A stretch of DNA of 64,000 nucleotides, from contig NIVC01003765.1 in NCBI GenBank assembly GCA_002269645.1, positions 13,782-77,781 on the forward strand, written 5' to 3'. Every line of letters begins with the position of its first letter. The stretch's first letter is position 1. The position numbers were made by a program, and so were the translations under genes. This document shows positions 12,482-23,843 of the stretch, piece by piece. Below the pieces are notes generated by a model. It did no database searches and was not told where the DNA came from. It was given only the letters and a program-made list of their open reading frames with translations. The DNA is from Macrostomum lignano (Eukaryota).

Positions 12482-13020
12482 GCTCCTCCATCCTCTCCCT
12501 CCTCTCTCTCTCTCCTCCTTTCCATCCTCTCTCCTCCTTTCCATCCTCTCTCCTCCTTTCCATCCTCTCCTTCCTCTCCATCCTCTCCCTCCTCTCCCTC
12601 CTCTCCTTCCTCTCCATCCTCTCCCTCTCCCTCCTCTCCTTCCTCTCCATCCTCTCCATCCTCTCCCTCCTCTCCCTCCTCTCCATCCTCTCCTTCCTCT
12701 CCATCCTCTCCCTCCTCTCCCTCCTCTCCTTCCTCTCCATCCTCTCCCTCTCCCTCCTCTCCTTCCTCTCCATCCTCTCCCTCCTCTCCATCCTCTCCTT
12801 CCTCTCCATCCTCTCCCTCCTCTCCCTCCTCTCCATCCTCTCCTTCCTCTCCATCCTCTCCCTCCTCTCCATCCTCTCCTTCCTCTCCATCCTCTCCCTC
12901 CTCTCCATCCTCTCCCTCCTCTTCCTCCTCTCCTTCCTCTCCTTCCTCTCCTTCCTCTCCATCCTCTCCCTCTTCTCCATCCTCTCCCTCCTCTCCATCC
13001 TCTCCCTCCTCTCCCTGTCC
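12482..13020. repeat. CT-rich compound repeat (tccatcctctccctcc-like)
   Basis: Near-pure C/T tract with 9/18-bp periodicity. Confidence 0.9.
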
Positions 13021-13280
13021 TCTCTCTTGCCTTTATTGCAGGCTTGTGATTCTTTCTGTTGTCACGCCTCAAGTTTTCCTCCTCGCTGAACGTTTTTTCA
13101 ATTTTTTTAAATTCGGGAGAAGTTATAATAATTTTTTATCGTTCACATGGCCATCTCTGCAGTAGTATGTATGGCGAGCTGTAAATAAACTGTGTAGAAT
13201 TTCGTCACTACAACCCACACAGCGGTAAAGCAGAATTTCGCACCCGCTTCTGCATGGCCTCCTCTTCCCGAACTCCGCAG

Positions 13281-13718
13281 CTCGAAGTGACTGACGTGAA
13301 CGACAACGCGCCGGAGTTCGATCCCCATCCTGGCAGCGTCTCTCTGTCCGGCCCGGCATCCGCTTGGATTGGCCGCCCGATTCCCGGCATTCGCCTGGTT
13401 GCTAGGGACGCCGACAGCGTTACCAATGGCAACGGACGCGTCTCGTACAGCGTGGCCGCTTCGCCGGAGTCGTCGCTGTTGGCCAGAGTTGACCCCGACG
13501 GTAACCTCATCCTGCTGGCTGAGCCGCCAGCCTCCGGCTCTCTCGAGCTGCTCATCGTGGCATCGGACAGCCCCGCCGCCTCGTCCGCCGGCCCGTTGAG
13601 CGCCTGCACCCTGGTGACGCTGCAGTTCCCGACTCCGACGGTCCCGCGGCAACCTGTGACTGTGCCGCTTGTGCTGCGCGTCAGAGAGGGCCTGGGACCT
13701 GGGGCGCTTGTGGGAGAG
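13281..13718 (+). CDS. ds: Dachsous-like protocadherin exon
   Basis: Acceptor ccgcag ending 13280, donor GT 13719; DVNDNAPEF motif; phase-0 join GALVGE|VAPNC. Confidence 0.85.
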
Positions 13719-13744
13719 GTTGGTTGCAGATTATTCATATTGTC

Positions 13745-13985
13745 TGTCACATGTCAGTCATTCACATCCGCCTGTCACATGTCAGTCATTCACATCCGCT
13801 TGTCACATGTCAGTCATTCACATCCGCCTGTCACATGTCAGTCATTCACATCCGCTTGTCACATGTCAGTCAATCACATCCGCTTGTCACATGTCAGTCA
13901 TTCACATCCGCCTGTCACATGTCAGTCATTCACATCCGCTTGTCACATGTCAGTCAATCACATCCGCTTGTCACATATCAGTCAT
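13745..13985. repeat. Intronic 28-bp minisatellite (tgtcacatgtcagtcattcacatccgcY)n
   Basis: Period 28 (13745, 13773 ...), about 8.5 copies. Confidence 0.95.
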
Positions 13986-14038
13986 TCAAATCTCGTGGCA
14001 TGTCTTTCACTATCTTCCATGAACGTTTGGCTCCTCAG

Positions 14039-15121
14039 GTGGCGCCGAACTGCAGCCTCTCGCCAAGCTCCAGCCTGTTTCACCTGAGCCTGTCTACAGG
14101 CCTCTTGACAACGCTTCGCATCCTTGACTACGAGAGCAAGCAGCGCCACTCGCTCAGCGCCAACTGCACCAGCTTGGCGTCTCCGCTCCCGATCGAAGTT
14201 CTCATCGAAGACGTCGACGAGTTCCGGCCTGTGCTGCCGCGCCGCGAATTTCACCTGTCAGTCCCGAGTTCGAATCCGCATCCGCGCACCGGCCAGCTGC
14301 TGCCGCTGACGCTATCGGCTGTCGACGCCGACGGAGGCGCCGCCGGTCGCGTCGGCTTCTCGGCGCTTCTCAACGGCTTCCCCGCTGGCACCGACCGCCG
14401 TCACCGCAGCCGCCGCCTCAGGCTGGGCGTCAACGCCACCACAGGCCAGGTGTACATACGTCGCGGGTTCGATTCTGCTCGCCTGGTGGGCCCCGGTTCG
14501 ACGCCTGCGGAACGACGGAATTTCACCTACCGGCTGCGGGCCAGCAGCGGGCAGCTCGCCGCCGTGGCGACGCTCGTCCTGGAAGCGCCGGTGCCGCTGG
14601 CCGAAGCCAACGCGGCCGCGGACGCTGGCGGAGCCGCCCTCGCTGCTGGCATCGGCGGGGGCGTCCTCGGCGTCGTGGCTTTGATCGCCGTCGCGGTCCT
14701 GCTGGCTGTCCTCGGCTGCAGGCGGCGCTGCTGGCACCGCCGCCGACACTCGCGCCGCCGGCAGGGGAGGAAGCCGCCTTCGCCCGGTGCCGGCTCGCCG
14801 CCGCCGTCGCCCGCCATCTACGACAGCTGCTTCGATCGACTGTCGCCGCAGGTGCCGCCGGCTTCGCTGCTGTTGCAGCAGCAGCCGCTGCCGCCGCCGC
14901 CACCGCCGCGCACGCAGACGGACCTGTCCAGGCTGAGCAGCTCCGGCCGCGGCAGCAGCGACTGCGGCAGCGGCGTTGGCGTCGGCTTCGGCGACGGTGC
15001 CGAAGCCTCACTGCCGCGCGACCACCGGGAGTACCTGCTGCGCCTGGGCGTGCGCGAGCCGCCGCCGGATGCTGCCTCCCCGCTAAGGTGCCGGCGATGG
15101 TCCGGCGAGGATCACTACCAG
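14039..15121 (+). CDS. ds: Dachsous-like protocadherin exon: last cadherin repeats, TM helix, start of cytoplasmic tail
   Basis: Acceptor ctcag ending 14038, donor GT 15122; LDYE and DVDEFRP motifs; TM IGGGVLGVVALIAVAVLLAVLG (~14651-14715) followed by RRR; SSGRGSS motif typical of Ds tails. Confidence 0.85.
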
Positions 15122-15145
15122 GTTTGCTGCTCAGCATTGGCTGAA

Positions 15146-15560
15146 TCCACCTCACCCCAGTCATCCACCTCACCCCAGTCATCCACCTCACCCCAGTCAT
15201 CCACCTCACCCCAGTCATCCACCTCACCCCAGTCACCCACCTCACCCCAGTCACCCACCTCACCCCAGTCATCCACCTTACCCCCAGTCACCCGCCCACT
15301 GCACTCCAGTCACCCACCCACCGCTAGTCACCCACCCCACTGCACTCCAGTCACCCACCCCACCGCCAGTCACCCACCCCACTGCACTCCAGTCACCCAC
15401 CCCACCGCCAGTCACCCACCCCACTGCACTCCAGTCACCCACTCCACTCCAGTCATCCACCTTACCCCCAGTCACCCACCTCACCCCCAGTCACCCACCC
15501 CACTCCAGTCACCCACCCCACTCGTCACCCACCCCACTCCAGTCACTTACCCAGTTAGTT
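15146..15560. repeat. Intronic C-rich minisatellite, 18-bp unit (tccacctcaccccagtca) degenerating distally
   Basis: Direct inspection. Confidence 0.85.
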
Positions 15561-15622
15561 GAGCTGCCCGCAACCCGCAACCAAGCACTCGAATCGCCAC
15601 CACCGATTCCCCTCGCCCGCAG

Positions 15623-15838
15623 GCCACGCCGGTGCCCAGCCTGGAGCTGCCCCGATCAACCGCCGCGGCCGCGTCCGCCTTCTCCCAGGCGGCGGCGCCA
15701 TCGGGCCGGTTTCCCAGCCACCTGGTGAGCTGGACCCCTCAGTACCAGCCTCTGGCCAGCGTGTTCGCGGAGATCGCCCAGCTCAAGGACGCTTCGGCCG
15801 CCGCAGCTGCTGCCGCTGCTGCTGAGGCAGAGGCTTGA
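15623..15838 (+). CDS. ds: Dachsous-like protocadherin terminal exon
   Basis: Acceptor cgcag ending 15622; contains SWTPQYQPLASVFAEIAQLKD, matching the conserved Dachsous cytoplasmic motif (vertebrate DCHS1 W.PQFQPLASVF.EIA.LKD, from recall); stop TGA 15836-15838. The seven exons total 6880 nt with consistent phases. Confidence 0.85.
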   Translation, partial: ATPVPSLELPRSTAAAASAFSQAAAPSGRFPSHLVSWTPQYQPLASVFAEIAQLKDASAAAAAAAAAEAEA

Positions 15839-15896
15839 ATCCGCCTGCTGCTTTTATTGCAGCTGTATGGGTTTCAAAGTGGCTCCCTTAAGAGCA

Positions 15897-16175
15897 TTCA
15901 ATGGCACTTACAAAATATAAAATGGAACTTACAAGATCCAAAATGGCACTTACAAGATCCAAAATGGCACTTACAAGATCCAAAATGGCACTTACAAGAT
16001 CCAAAATGGCACTTACAAGATCCAAAATGGCACTTACAAGATCTAAAATGGCACTTACAAGATCCAAAATGGCACTTACAAGATCCAAAATGGCACTTAC
16101 AAGATCTAAAATGGCACTTACAAAATCCAAAATGGCACTTACAAAATCCAAAATGGCGCATAGAAGATCCAAAGT
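15897..16175. repeat. 21-bp minisatellite (aaaatggcacttacaagatcc)n just downstream of the ds stop (probable 3' UTR)
   Basis: About 13 copies. Confidence 0.95.
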
Positions 16176-17494
16176 GGCAGTTTTATGTCCACCAGCAGCG
16201 TGAGTATATAAACAAGTGCTTGCAAAATAAACAATGTACTTTACGGCGCACAAAGTGACACTTTCAATTTTAACCATACGAGTATATTACGGATCTCACG
16301 AATGTACAGTTGTTTTATCACATCAACAGCAAACCACCTTGTCGTCCTGTTGTAGATCCATAAATCTGCACAACTCTTCAACGGCTTGCATTTCCAATGT
16401 CCCAATTAGCAAACATTAGATACGCAATTCAATCTGCAGTTCTCTGCCCGATGCAGTGCATTTTTCTTTCCTTTCGCAACGCTTTGCTTCTAGTAGATTG
16501 TGCCGTTTTGCTGCTCTGCAATGGCCCACTACCGGCCCGATCTTCTAAGAGTACTTGGCAACCTCTATAGTGACCCTTCTGTCTATGCATTGAATCTCAG
16601 CAAACTTGAAATCGACAATTGTATACTCACTGTAATACTGCATCAAATAGGCGAAAAGCAGTGACACATAATTCTGCTTTTTTTATACACTTAAATTTTT
16701 TTAATAAAGTTTTGTTGCTTACCGAAAAAGCAGCTCGTCATTGTTTTACAAGCGTTTATTAATGTGGGTTGGGGTATGACAGCAAGTCAAATAAACAATA
16801 CAAATTTACATTTATTAAAATCTTCGCAGACAACTAAGGAATCATTGCAGTTCAGCTATAATTATTAGCGAAAATTCATAAAATCGCTTCTGGCGCTAGC
16901 GGTGGTTCCGAAACAGCAACTATAGCTCCGGATCACGTGAAGGAAGGCTTCATTCTCCCTTGAACGGTGAGGCTCGACGTCTTCTTCCCGTTCTCACCCA
17001 AAGGGCATGTGACACCTGTAGTCACTCGCCAAGACATGTTCTCCGACTGCAGGCATGTTTGGCCTTGTGTTTAGCGACGCTCCGTTTGTCGTTTAGAAAA
17101 AGGGCCGGTGGGCAGTACGGCATTGCTCTCGTGGCTGTCTCGTGGCAATTTTCTTTGCAGCAGGCTTTTTGTCAGCAGTTGCCTCCTGTTCACTGGCCAC
17201 CTCGGAAAGGTCGTGTGCATTCGGCCAGCTCGACGTCAGCGGCTGGAGCATTTTCATCCTGCAAAAGAATGCAGCTCGATCGAGCAGCAATGAAAATTGG
17301 GGCGAGCTTGGCGCTTGCAAGGCGGTAGCGATTCCCCTTCGAGGACGTTGAAAGTTTCGAGCTAAGAGGTTGATAAAAGACCTCGCCTCGTTCATAGTGT
17401 GAGACAAACACCAGCTCGGCGGGGCTCTTGCCACGGAATGCATGAAGATGAGACGCGATGATGGAAGCGAACCCTGTGCAAGTATGGAATGAAT

Positions 17495-17620
17495 ACCGGT
17501 CTTCATCATTTTGGCGGTCTAGGCGTTCGATGACGGCTTCCATTGGAGATCCGGGATTGAGAGACACCACCGGGATCCTCATCTTGCCCAGTGGACAAGA
17601 GGTGGCCGCGCTGCTGATGA
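17495..17620 (+). pseudogene. Relic fragment of atlastin-like GTPase gene
   Basis: gatgacggcttccattggagatccgggattgagagacaccaccgggatcctcatc...ggacaagaggtggccgcgctgctgatg matches 19218-19335 with a 2-bp and a larger deletion; preceded by PVFIILAV*AF, resembling PVAVISVAGAF. Confidence 0.8.
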
Positions 17621-18023
17621 CTCGCTGCAATATTAGGGCTGATTGTTATCTTCTACTCGTACGAGCTAAGAGCTAGTTCTGTCTTTGTAGATGATGTCTA
17701 CTGATGCCAACAGGGGATTTGCTATTGTCCTGTTGTACTCTCCAGCTAGTGCACATTCAGGCGCTCAGACCCCTAGCTCTCTCTCTCTCTCTCTCCGCTG
17801 TACAGATTTTCTAAGAAAATTTACGCGATACTATATGCAAGTACGTTTGGGACAAGTATTTTCTGTTGGAATCTGTGGGAAGCACTCATGGAAGCTGATT
17901 TGTTGGAAATTCCAAGCCTGAGGTAAGCCATTGTTTAGCAATTTGGCGATCATTATTCACATTTTTAATGCAGAACAATATATTACTACAAACAATGCAT
18001 TGTCTGTAGGATCGTCAAACAGA

Positions 18024-18148
18024 AAAACAATGCAAAGAATCGGCGGTCGCAGCACGTGACAACGATTTGTCTATGGCTCGCGCCTGCCGGCGCTCGCCAG
18101 ACAATCGTTGTCACGCACTGGGACCGCTGATTATTTATCCATTGTTTT
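18024..18148. other. Long imperfect hairpin (about 50-bp arms): MITE or pre-miRNA-like
   Basis: aaaacaatg...aatcggcggtc...cgtgacaacgatttgtct is the imperfect reverse complement of agacaatcgttgtcacg...gaccgctgatt...cattgtttt. Confidence 0.6.
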
Positions 18149-18946
18149 ACCCACGAGCTGCCACTGAACTTTCTATGTTCTAAGTAGGCAAACAGAAGTT
18201 ACACAAAATCTAACATCGCAATACGTAATTTAATTTTTAAACAATTGGACTAACGAGCAACTTGCCAAAGAACTGCTCAAAGATCTTGTCAAACATCAAT
18301 TTCGTTTGATTTTTTTCAGATTTTTTTTCAAACTGATCGCTGCAACGAGTTTTAAAAGTTCGTTCACGCCACCAACAAACAAGAGAAAGTTTCACGTGAG
18401 CCACAAGGTTGTGCATACTTTTCATTGAGCACAGCTGAGGAAGAAGTACGAGCGTATTTCTGAGAAATTCCAAGAAATATCTTTGCACTCTCCCAGACTG
18501 CGGGTGCTCAAGTGCCTGCAGTTTTACAAAAGCACATTAATTGTGCATTCGATCAGTCGCGAGTATTTACTCAGTTTGAAGGACAAACTCGCAGAGAAAG
18601 ACCGCGTGAGCAAATGCTCACGAGTTTCAGCACATTTTATTTATATCGAGCTGACAAAATTCTCGTGTTTGAGTTTTTTCTCACTTTATTCATATGAGCT
18701 ACATGCTCAGCTTATGGCAAGTCAAAGCGAACAGAAACTGTATGAAGATGATCTGTTTGATGTTAAGAGCACGATATTTTTAGCACAAGAGTTGGTGAGA
18801 AACTCCACAGCTTTCTATTGACAATAAAAGAAACACTGAGCAAATAATTAATCATAAAATATATAAAAAATTTCCTCAAAGCGTAGCAAGATTTTATTTC
18901 ACCACTGCATTAAAACAAACGAGATACCGATTTAACGGTGCTAAGC

Positions 18947-20734
18947 ATGGCCTCAAGCTATAATGCTGGGCGACCGCTGCCGCTTGTGGTGTCCGTGAAA
19001 GAGCGAACTGAAACTGGACCAAGGTTTGAGCTCGATGCAGAAGTGCTGAAGCAGATGATGGATTTGGACAAACTGAGCAGCGCCAAGGTGGCCGTCATCA
19101 GCGTGACCGGAGCCTTCCGCACAGGCAAGTCCTTCCTGCTCAACTTCTTCCTGAGATACCTCCGAGCTCTCAGTCGAGGTGACACTCGTGACTGGATTCT
19201 ATCTGAGGACCAGCTAGACGACGGATTCCACTGGAGATCCGGGATTGAGAGAGACACCACCGGGATCCTCATCTGGTCCGAGCCGTTCTTCATCCGCAAG
19301 CCCGACGGACAAGAGGTGGCCGTGCTGCTGATGGACACTCAGGGCACATTCGATCACCAGTCGACTCAGCAGGACTGCACAACTATCTTTGCCTTCAGCA
19401 CACTGATGAGCTCAGTGCAGATCCTCAACATTTCTCAGAAGGTCCAGGAGACGGATCTGCAGCACCTGCGGCTGTTTGTCGAGTTCGCTGGGATGGCGAA
19501 GGGCTCGAAGGAGAAGGCGCTGCAACACCTGTGGTTCCTTATCAGAGATTGGCAGAATCCTGATGATTTTGAGTACGGAGTCGCTGACGGAGCGGAGTAT
19601 TTAAAGCAGATCTTAAAGTGCGACGAGCAGATGCCGAGAGAGAACCAGGAACTGAGGCAGGGCATCACGCATCACTTCGAGCAGGCGTCATGCTGTCTGC
19701 TGCCGCATCCTGGAAACGCCGTAGCCTCGTCGAAGTTCCGCGGCGAGCTTAAAAAACTTGATGCAATGTTTGTCGACGAGCTGGAAAAGTTTGTGGCCCT
19801 CATCGCGTCACCTGAGAACATTCCAGTGAAGCAGATCAACGGCAGAGACTTCAAGGGTGTGGACTTCTTCGCTCTGAAGGAGTACTTTGACGCCATTTGC
19901 AGCAGCAGGCTGCCAACTCCGAGAAGCATATTTACGGCCACCGTCGACATGATCAACGTTCTCGCTGCCTCGGAGGCGAAGCAGCTCTTTGAGACGAAGA
20001 TCCAGGAGTTCTTCCGATCGGAGTCGTCGTTGGACATTAGCTCTGCCGAGATGGACAAAGTCCTCGCCGGCATCGAGAAAGAGGCGTTAAAGCTGTTCAA
20101 CTCTCGGTGCATGGAAGTCGCGGATTTTGACGTTGACTGCGTGAAGAGGAGGCTGCAGGAGGAGCTGCGATCGATTGGCAGCAAGCAGGCGCTGCTGCTC
20201 CAAGAGACTGCAAGGAAGAAGGAGGCGGACGCGAGGGCGGACTTGCTGGCGAAGGAGCTCGAGACCCAGCGGGCGGCGTACGCTGAGGGCGTGCAGAAGA
20301 TGCAGCAGTTGGAGGCTGACTTCCAGAAGCGAGTGGAGGAGATTCGGGCGAACAGCGTGAGCAAGGAAGAGATGACTCGACGACTGAAAGTGGAATCGGA
20401 TAGTTACAACATGCGGATCAGCTGTCTGGAAACCGATAAAAGGTTTATGGAAGGTCGTCTCTCTGAATTAAGCCGCAGCCAAAGCGAGAAATCCAACAGT
20501 GCTGTGCAGCGGCTTGAACGCGAGGTCAGCAGTCTTCGGAATGAGAAGGAAAAGCTCGACAGAGAACGAAACGAGGAGCGTAGAAACGCTAACAGAGAAA
20601 TTTCGGAGATCCAAAGAAACTTGGAAGCAGTGATGTTCGCGCTGAAAAATGAAGAGGCCAACAGTAGACAGAGTGCCCAAAAGCTGAACGAGATACAAGA
20701 TAGCTTCAATAAAGGCAACTGTGTGATGATGTGA
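18947..20734 (+). CDS. Atlastin-family GTPase, soluble coiled-coil form with CaaX (paralog 1, 595 aa)
   Basis: G1 GAFRTGKS, G2 ERDTTG, G3 DTQG, G4 IRDW, LLPHPG and helical middle domain as in atlastin; no TM segment; coiled coil; ends GNCVMM*. First ATG at 18947; no introns in the CDS. Confidence 0.92.
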   Translation: MASSYNAGRPLPLVVSVKERTETGPRFELDAEVLKQMMDLDKLSSAKVAVISVTGAFRTGKSFLLNFFLRYLRALSRGDTRDWILSEDQLDDGFHWRSGIERDTTGILIWSEPFFIRKPDGQEVAVLLMDTQGTFDHQSTQQDCTTIFAFSTLMSSVQILNISQKVQETDLQHLRLFVEFAGMAKGSKEKALQHLWFLIRDWQNPDDFEYGVADGAEYLKQILKCDEQMPRENQELRQGITHHFEQASCCLLPHPGNAVASSKFRGELKKLDAMFVDELEKFVALIASPENIPVKQINGRDFKGVDFFALKEYFDAICSSRLPTPRSIFTATVDMINVLAASEAKQLFETKIQEFFRSESSLDISSAEMDKVLAGIEKEALKLFNSRCMEVADFDVDCVKRRLQEELRSIGSKQALLLQETARKKEADARADLLAKELETQRAAYAEGVQKMQQLEADFQKRVEEIRANSVSKEEMTRRLKVESDSYNMRISCLETDKRFMEGRLSELSRSQSEKSNSAVQRLEREVSSLRNEKEKLDRERNEERRNANREISEIQRNLEAVMFALKNEEANSRQSAQKLNEIQDSFNKGNCVMM

Positions 20735-21962
20735 CAGCTGAGGCTGCCCTGACTACAGAAGAATTTTTCCCATTCTGCTGTTGTAATGACAGTTTTTCAT
20801 GAAATTCTGTTATACAAAAGTAGATCAACAAATGGTTTTATCGAATAGCTGTACCAGTATTCGAATTTCCCCCAAGATTTGTGACCCTAAAGAGCATCTA
20901 AAACAGGACCTGTGTACTGATAATTGGATTGCATCATTTTCCTGATGCGTGATAAAATAAAATTGCAAGACAAACGCGTTACGCTTATGTCTATTTTAGC
21001 TTTGATTTGGCTTTGTCACTCGCTTCAGCATTCTCTAACCCAAAGGGAATCAAATAAGGCGGTCGTTTCATAAGCTCGAAGTCCACATCGTCGGAAAGAC
21101 AATTGCTTGTCATTCACAACTAGGGAGATGCTTGACAAGCTTCGAGCTTTTAATATTTTGAGCTCATGGCGATATGAATAACCGAACTTATTGATTTCTG
21201 AATGGGTAAAAGGCTATCTCAATCCCTGCACTTGTATTATCCACTCTTTTCATCTCGTAAGAGTGCCCTAATTGTGAAGGATTTTTAAGGTATAATTTTT
21301 TATGCCTGAGCGCAAGGCTCTTTGCGAACCTCTCCGGCTGCTAAGGTGGTTTTGGTGCCCTCCGGGCCGCTGTAAATGCCTCGGAGGCGGCTACCACTCC
21401 TCACGAGCAGGCTTTGAGCAGGCTTTTACGCAAGAATTCTTAGGGTTTTTCAAGGAATTTGGGGAGCTGATTTCTGCCTGCCATAGCATAAAGCTAATAA
21501 TGAATATTAAGAACATTGAGAATGAAGCACAGTTGCAGTGGCAGAACAGCTCTGTGAAGGCACAGAGCGTTGGTGAGGAAGCGGGGGAAGCCTGATACCG
21601 GAGTAACTTGGCAGACATTCAATATACGAGTAATAAAATAAATTAATTTATCTGAGGTTAAATATATTTGTGTATTTAAAATTTCTGAAGAACACGAGGC
21701 TAAACAGGAAATTTATGTCAGAAACTGACAGAATATTCCAAAATCTTGAGTAGTAGGATAATTCTGGATGGAACCCTGTTTTGATAGTACGCTCGTTCCT
21801 AAAATCAATGATGTAGCTCGTACCGCTTTCAAATAAAAATTTGTTTGAACCAGAATGTCTGCAGGAATTCAAAAAAGGCAAAATATGCGGTGAATAAATA
21901 ACAAATATAGTCAATTATGATTACATCAAACATAATGTAAAGTAAAACACAATTTTGATCAG

Positions 21963-23843
21963 CTATTTCCCATCAGCTTCCTTTCCTTTTGGATCTTCCT
22001 GCTTCTGCGAAGCTGGGGGCTGAATCATGGGAAACGGGATGAAGGTTGGGGTTGAAGCCGCGGCTGCGGCAGAGCAAGAACTGGCGCCTCTTTTCTCGCT
22101 GCCACTGAAAAAATTCGAAATCGTTCCTTTAACAATTTCACCCCCAGCAGCCTGCAAAACTCCGAAAAGAAAATTCTCCCACTTAGCACTGCGTTCGGCT
22201 TCCTGCTCCCGACGTCTGCGCTCTTCTTCCATGTGCTTCTCCCACTGCGCCATCATCTGCTTTGCGTTGGCATCCTGCTGCCTGCGTTCCTCTTGGCTCT
22301 CGCGCACCTGGCGCTGCAGCTCCTCGTTCATCTTTAGCAGGGATTCTATCTTGGCTGCCTGCCGCGAGCTGCGCGCCTCGGACTCCTGCAGGGCCAATTG
22401 GCGTTGCATGGACTCTTTTTCTAGCAGCGACCGCATCTCCTCCTTGGACACGGACGACTCCAAGATTCTTTTCACTTTTTCCTGGAATTCCTGCTCCAGT
22501 TGCTGCATCCTTCTGTTGGTATCAACTTTCTCATCAAGGAGACGTTGAAAGTCTTGCTGCAGCAACTCTCCTTTCTTCTGCTCAGCGATCTTGTCAGACT
22601 TCAGCTGGTTCATTAGTATCAAATCCTGCACCTCCCTCTGTAGATCGTCGTGCAGTTTTCGTCGGCACTTGTCGCAGTCGGTTGAGTCCTTCTGCATGCA
22701 GCGCTTGTCGAATTGTTCGAGCGATTCGTCGGCCAATTTCTGCAGCTGTGGCTCCAATTCGATTGCGTCAACAGCGGATGCGGAGGCTGAAATCGGCCTG
22801 GCCTTGTCAACAAACGTCTGTCTGGCGGATGCGGCAACCACAGCGTTCGTCAATTCGACGGTGGCCGAGAACAGCGACTTTGGCGAAGGTAGCCTGCCGC
22901 TGCGGAAGGCCTCGAAGTAGACTTTGGCGAAGTTCAGCAGCTCGCGCCCAGTGAGTTCTCTTCCATTAACTGCTTTAATGACAAGCTTTTCAGGTGATAG
23001 CACGAGTTCCACAAACTTCTCAACCTCCTCAACAAAGTCTTCATCTAGCTTTTCCAGCTCCCCTCGAACATTCGATCTAGTCGCACACTTCCCAGGGCTG
23101 GGCAGCAGGCAGCAAAACATGCGAAATATTTCCTAATGCCTGCGCGGAGCTCACGGTTTTCAGCCGGCATGTTCTCATCTGACGCCACTACCTTGCGTAG
23201 ATATCTCATACCGCCGGCATGGCCGTTCTCGAACTCATCGGGGTTTTGCCAGTCCCGAATTAGAAACCACAAGTCTTGAAGGACCTTTTCGCTTTCATCC
23301 TTTGCCATCGAGGCGAACTCAACGAACAGTCGGAGGTGCTGCAGATCCGTCTCTTGAATGTTCTGCGAGATGTTGAAGATCTGCACTGAGCTCAGTAGTG
23401 TGCTGAAGACGAAGATTGAGGTGCTATTCCTGCTGAGTCGACTGGTGATCGAATGTACCCTGAGTGTCCATCAGCAGCACGGCCACCGCTTCTCCGTCGG
23501 GCTTGCGGATGAAGAACGGCTCGGACCAGATGAGGATGCCGGTGGTGTCTCTCTCGATCCCGGCTCTCCAGTGGAATTCGTCATCGAGCTGGTCATCAGA
23601 TCGAATCCAGTCTCGAGTGTCTCCTCGACTGAGAGCTCTGAGGTATCTCAGGAAGAAGTTGAGCAGGAAGGACTTGCCTTTACGAAATGCCCCGGCAACA
23701 CTGACTACAGCGACTTTAGACCGAAGGAAGCGCTTAGATGAAAGAATTCGACGCTCGATGCCAGCGTTCAGTTTGAATCTCTCGACGCTCTCAGACTCAC
23801 CGCTTGCTAGCTCTGCCAGGTAGACAACCTCGCCAGTCGTCAT
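21963..23843 (-). pseudogene. Atlastin-family GTPase paralog 2, two frameshifts (pseudogene or assembly error)
   Basis: Three overlapping ORFs (23843-23424, 23386-23045, 23120-21963) reconstruct a full paralog; +1 insertion at ~23425 (gaa t[a]gc acc, creating TAG) and a ~4-nt deletion at ~23120; tail WENFLFGVLQAAGGEIVKGTISNFF, no CaaX. Confidence 0.8.

Noticed and set aside
137-15272. Numerous antisense and alternate-frame ORFs over ds exons
   Set aside because: Shadow ORFs of GC-rich coding DNA; low-complexity Arg/Pro/Ala content and no domains.
4307-16277. Repeat-translated ORFs (LQGADTVV, LSLGIGH/YPKT, SLLS/RGGRGW, HIRLSHVS, MALTRSK/WHLQDPK)
   Set aside because: By-products of minisatellites open in several frames and on both strands; no splice support.
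16960-18821. Additional protein-coding gene between ds and paralog 1
   Set aside because: Short ORFs on both strands lack recognisable domains or consistent splice structure; only the atlastin relic is supported.
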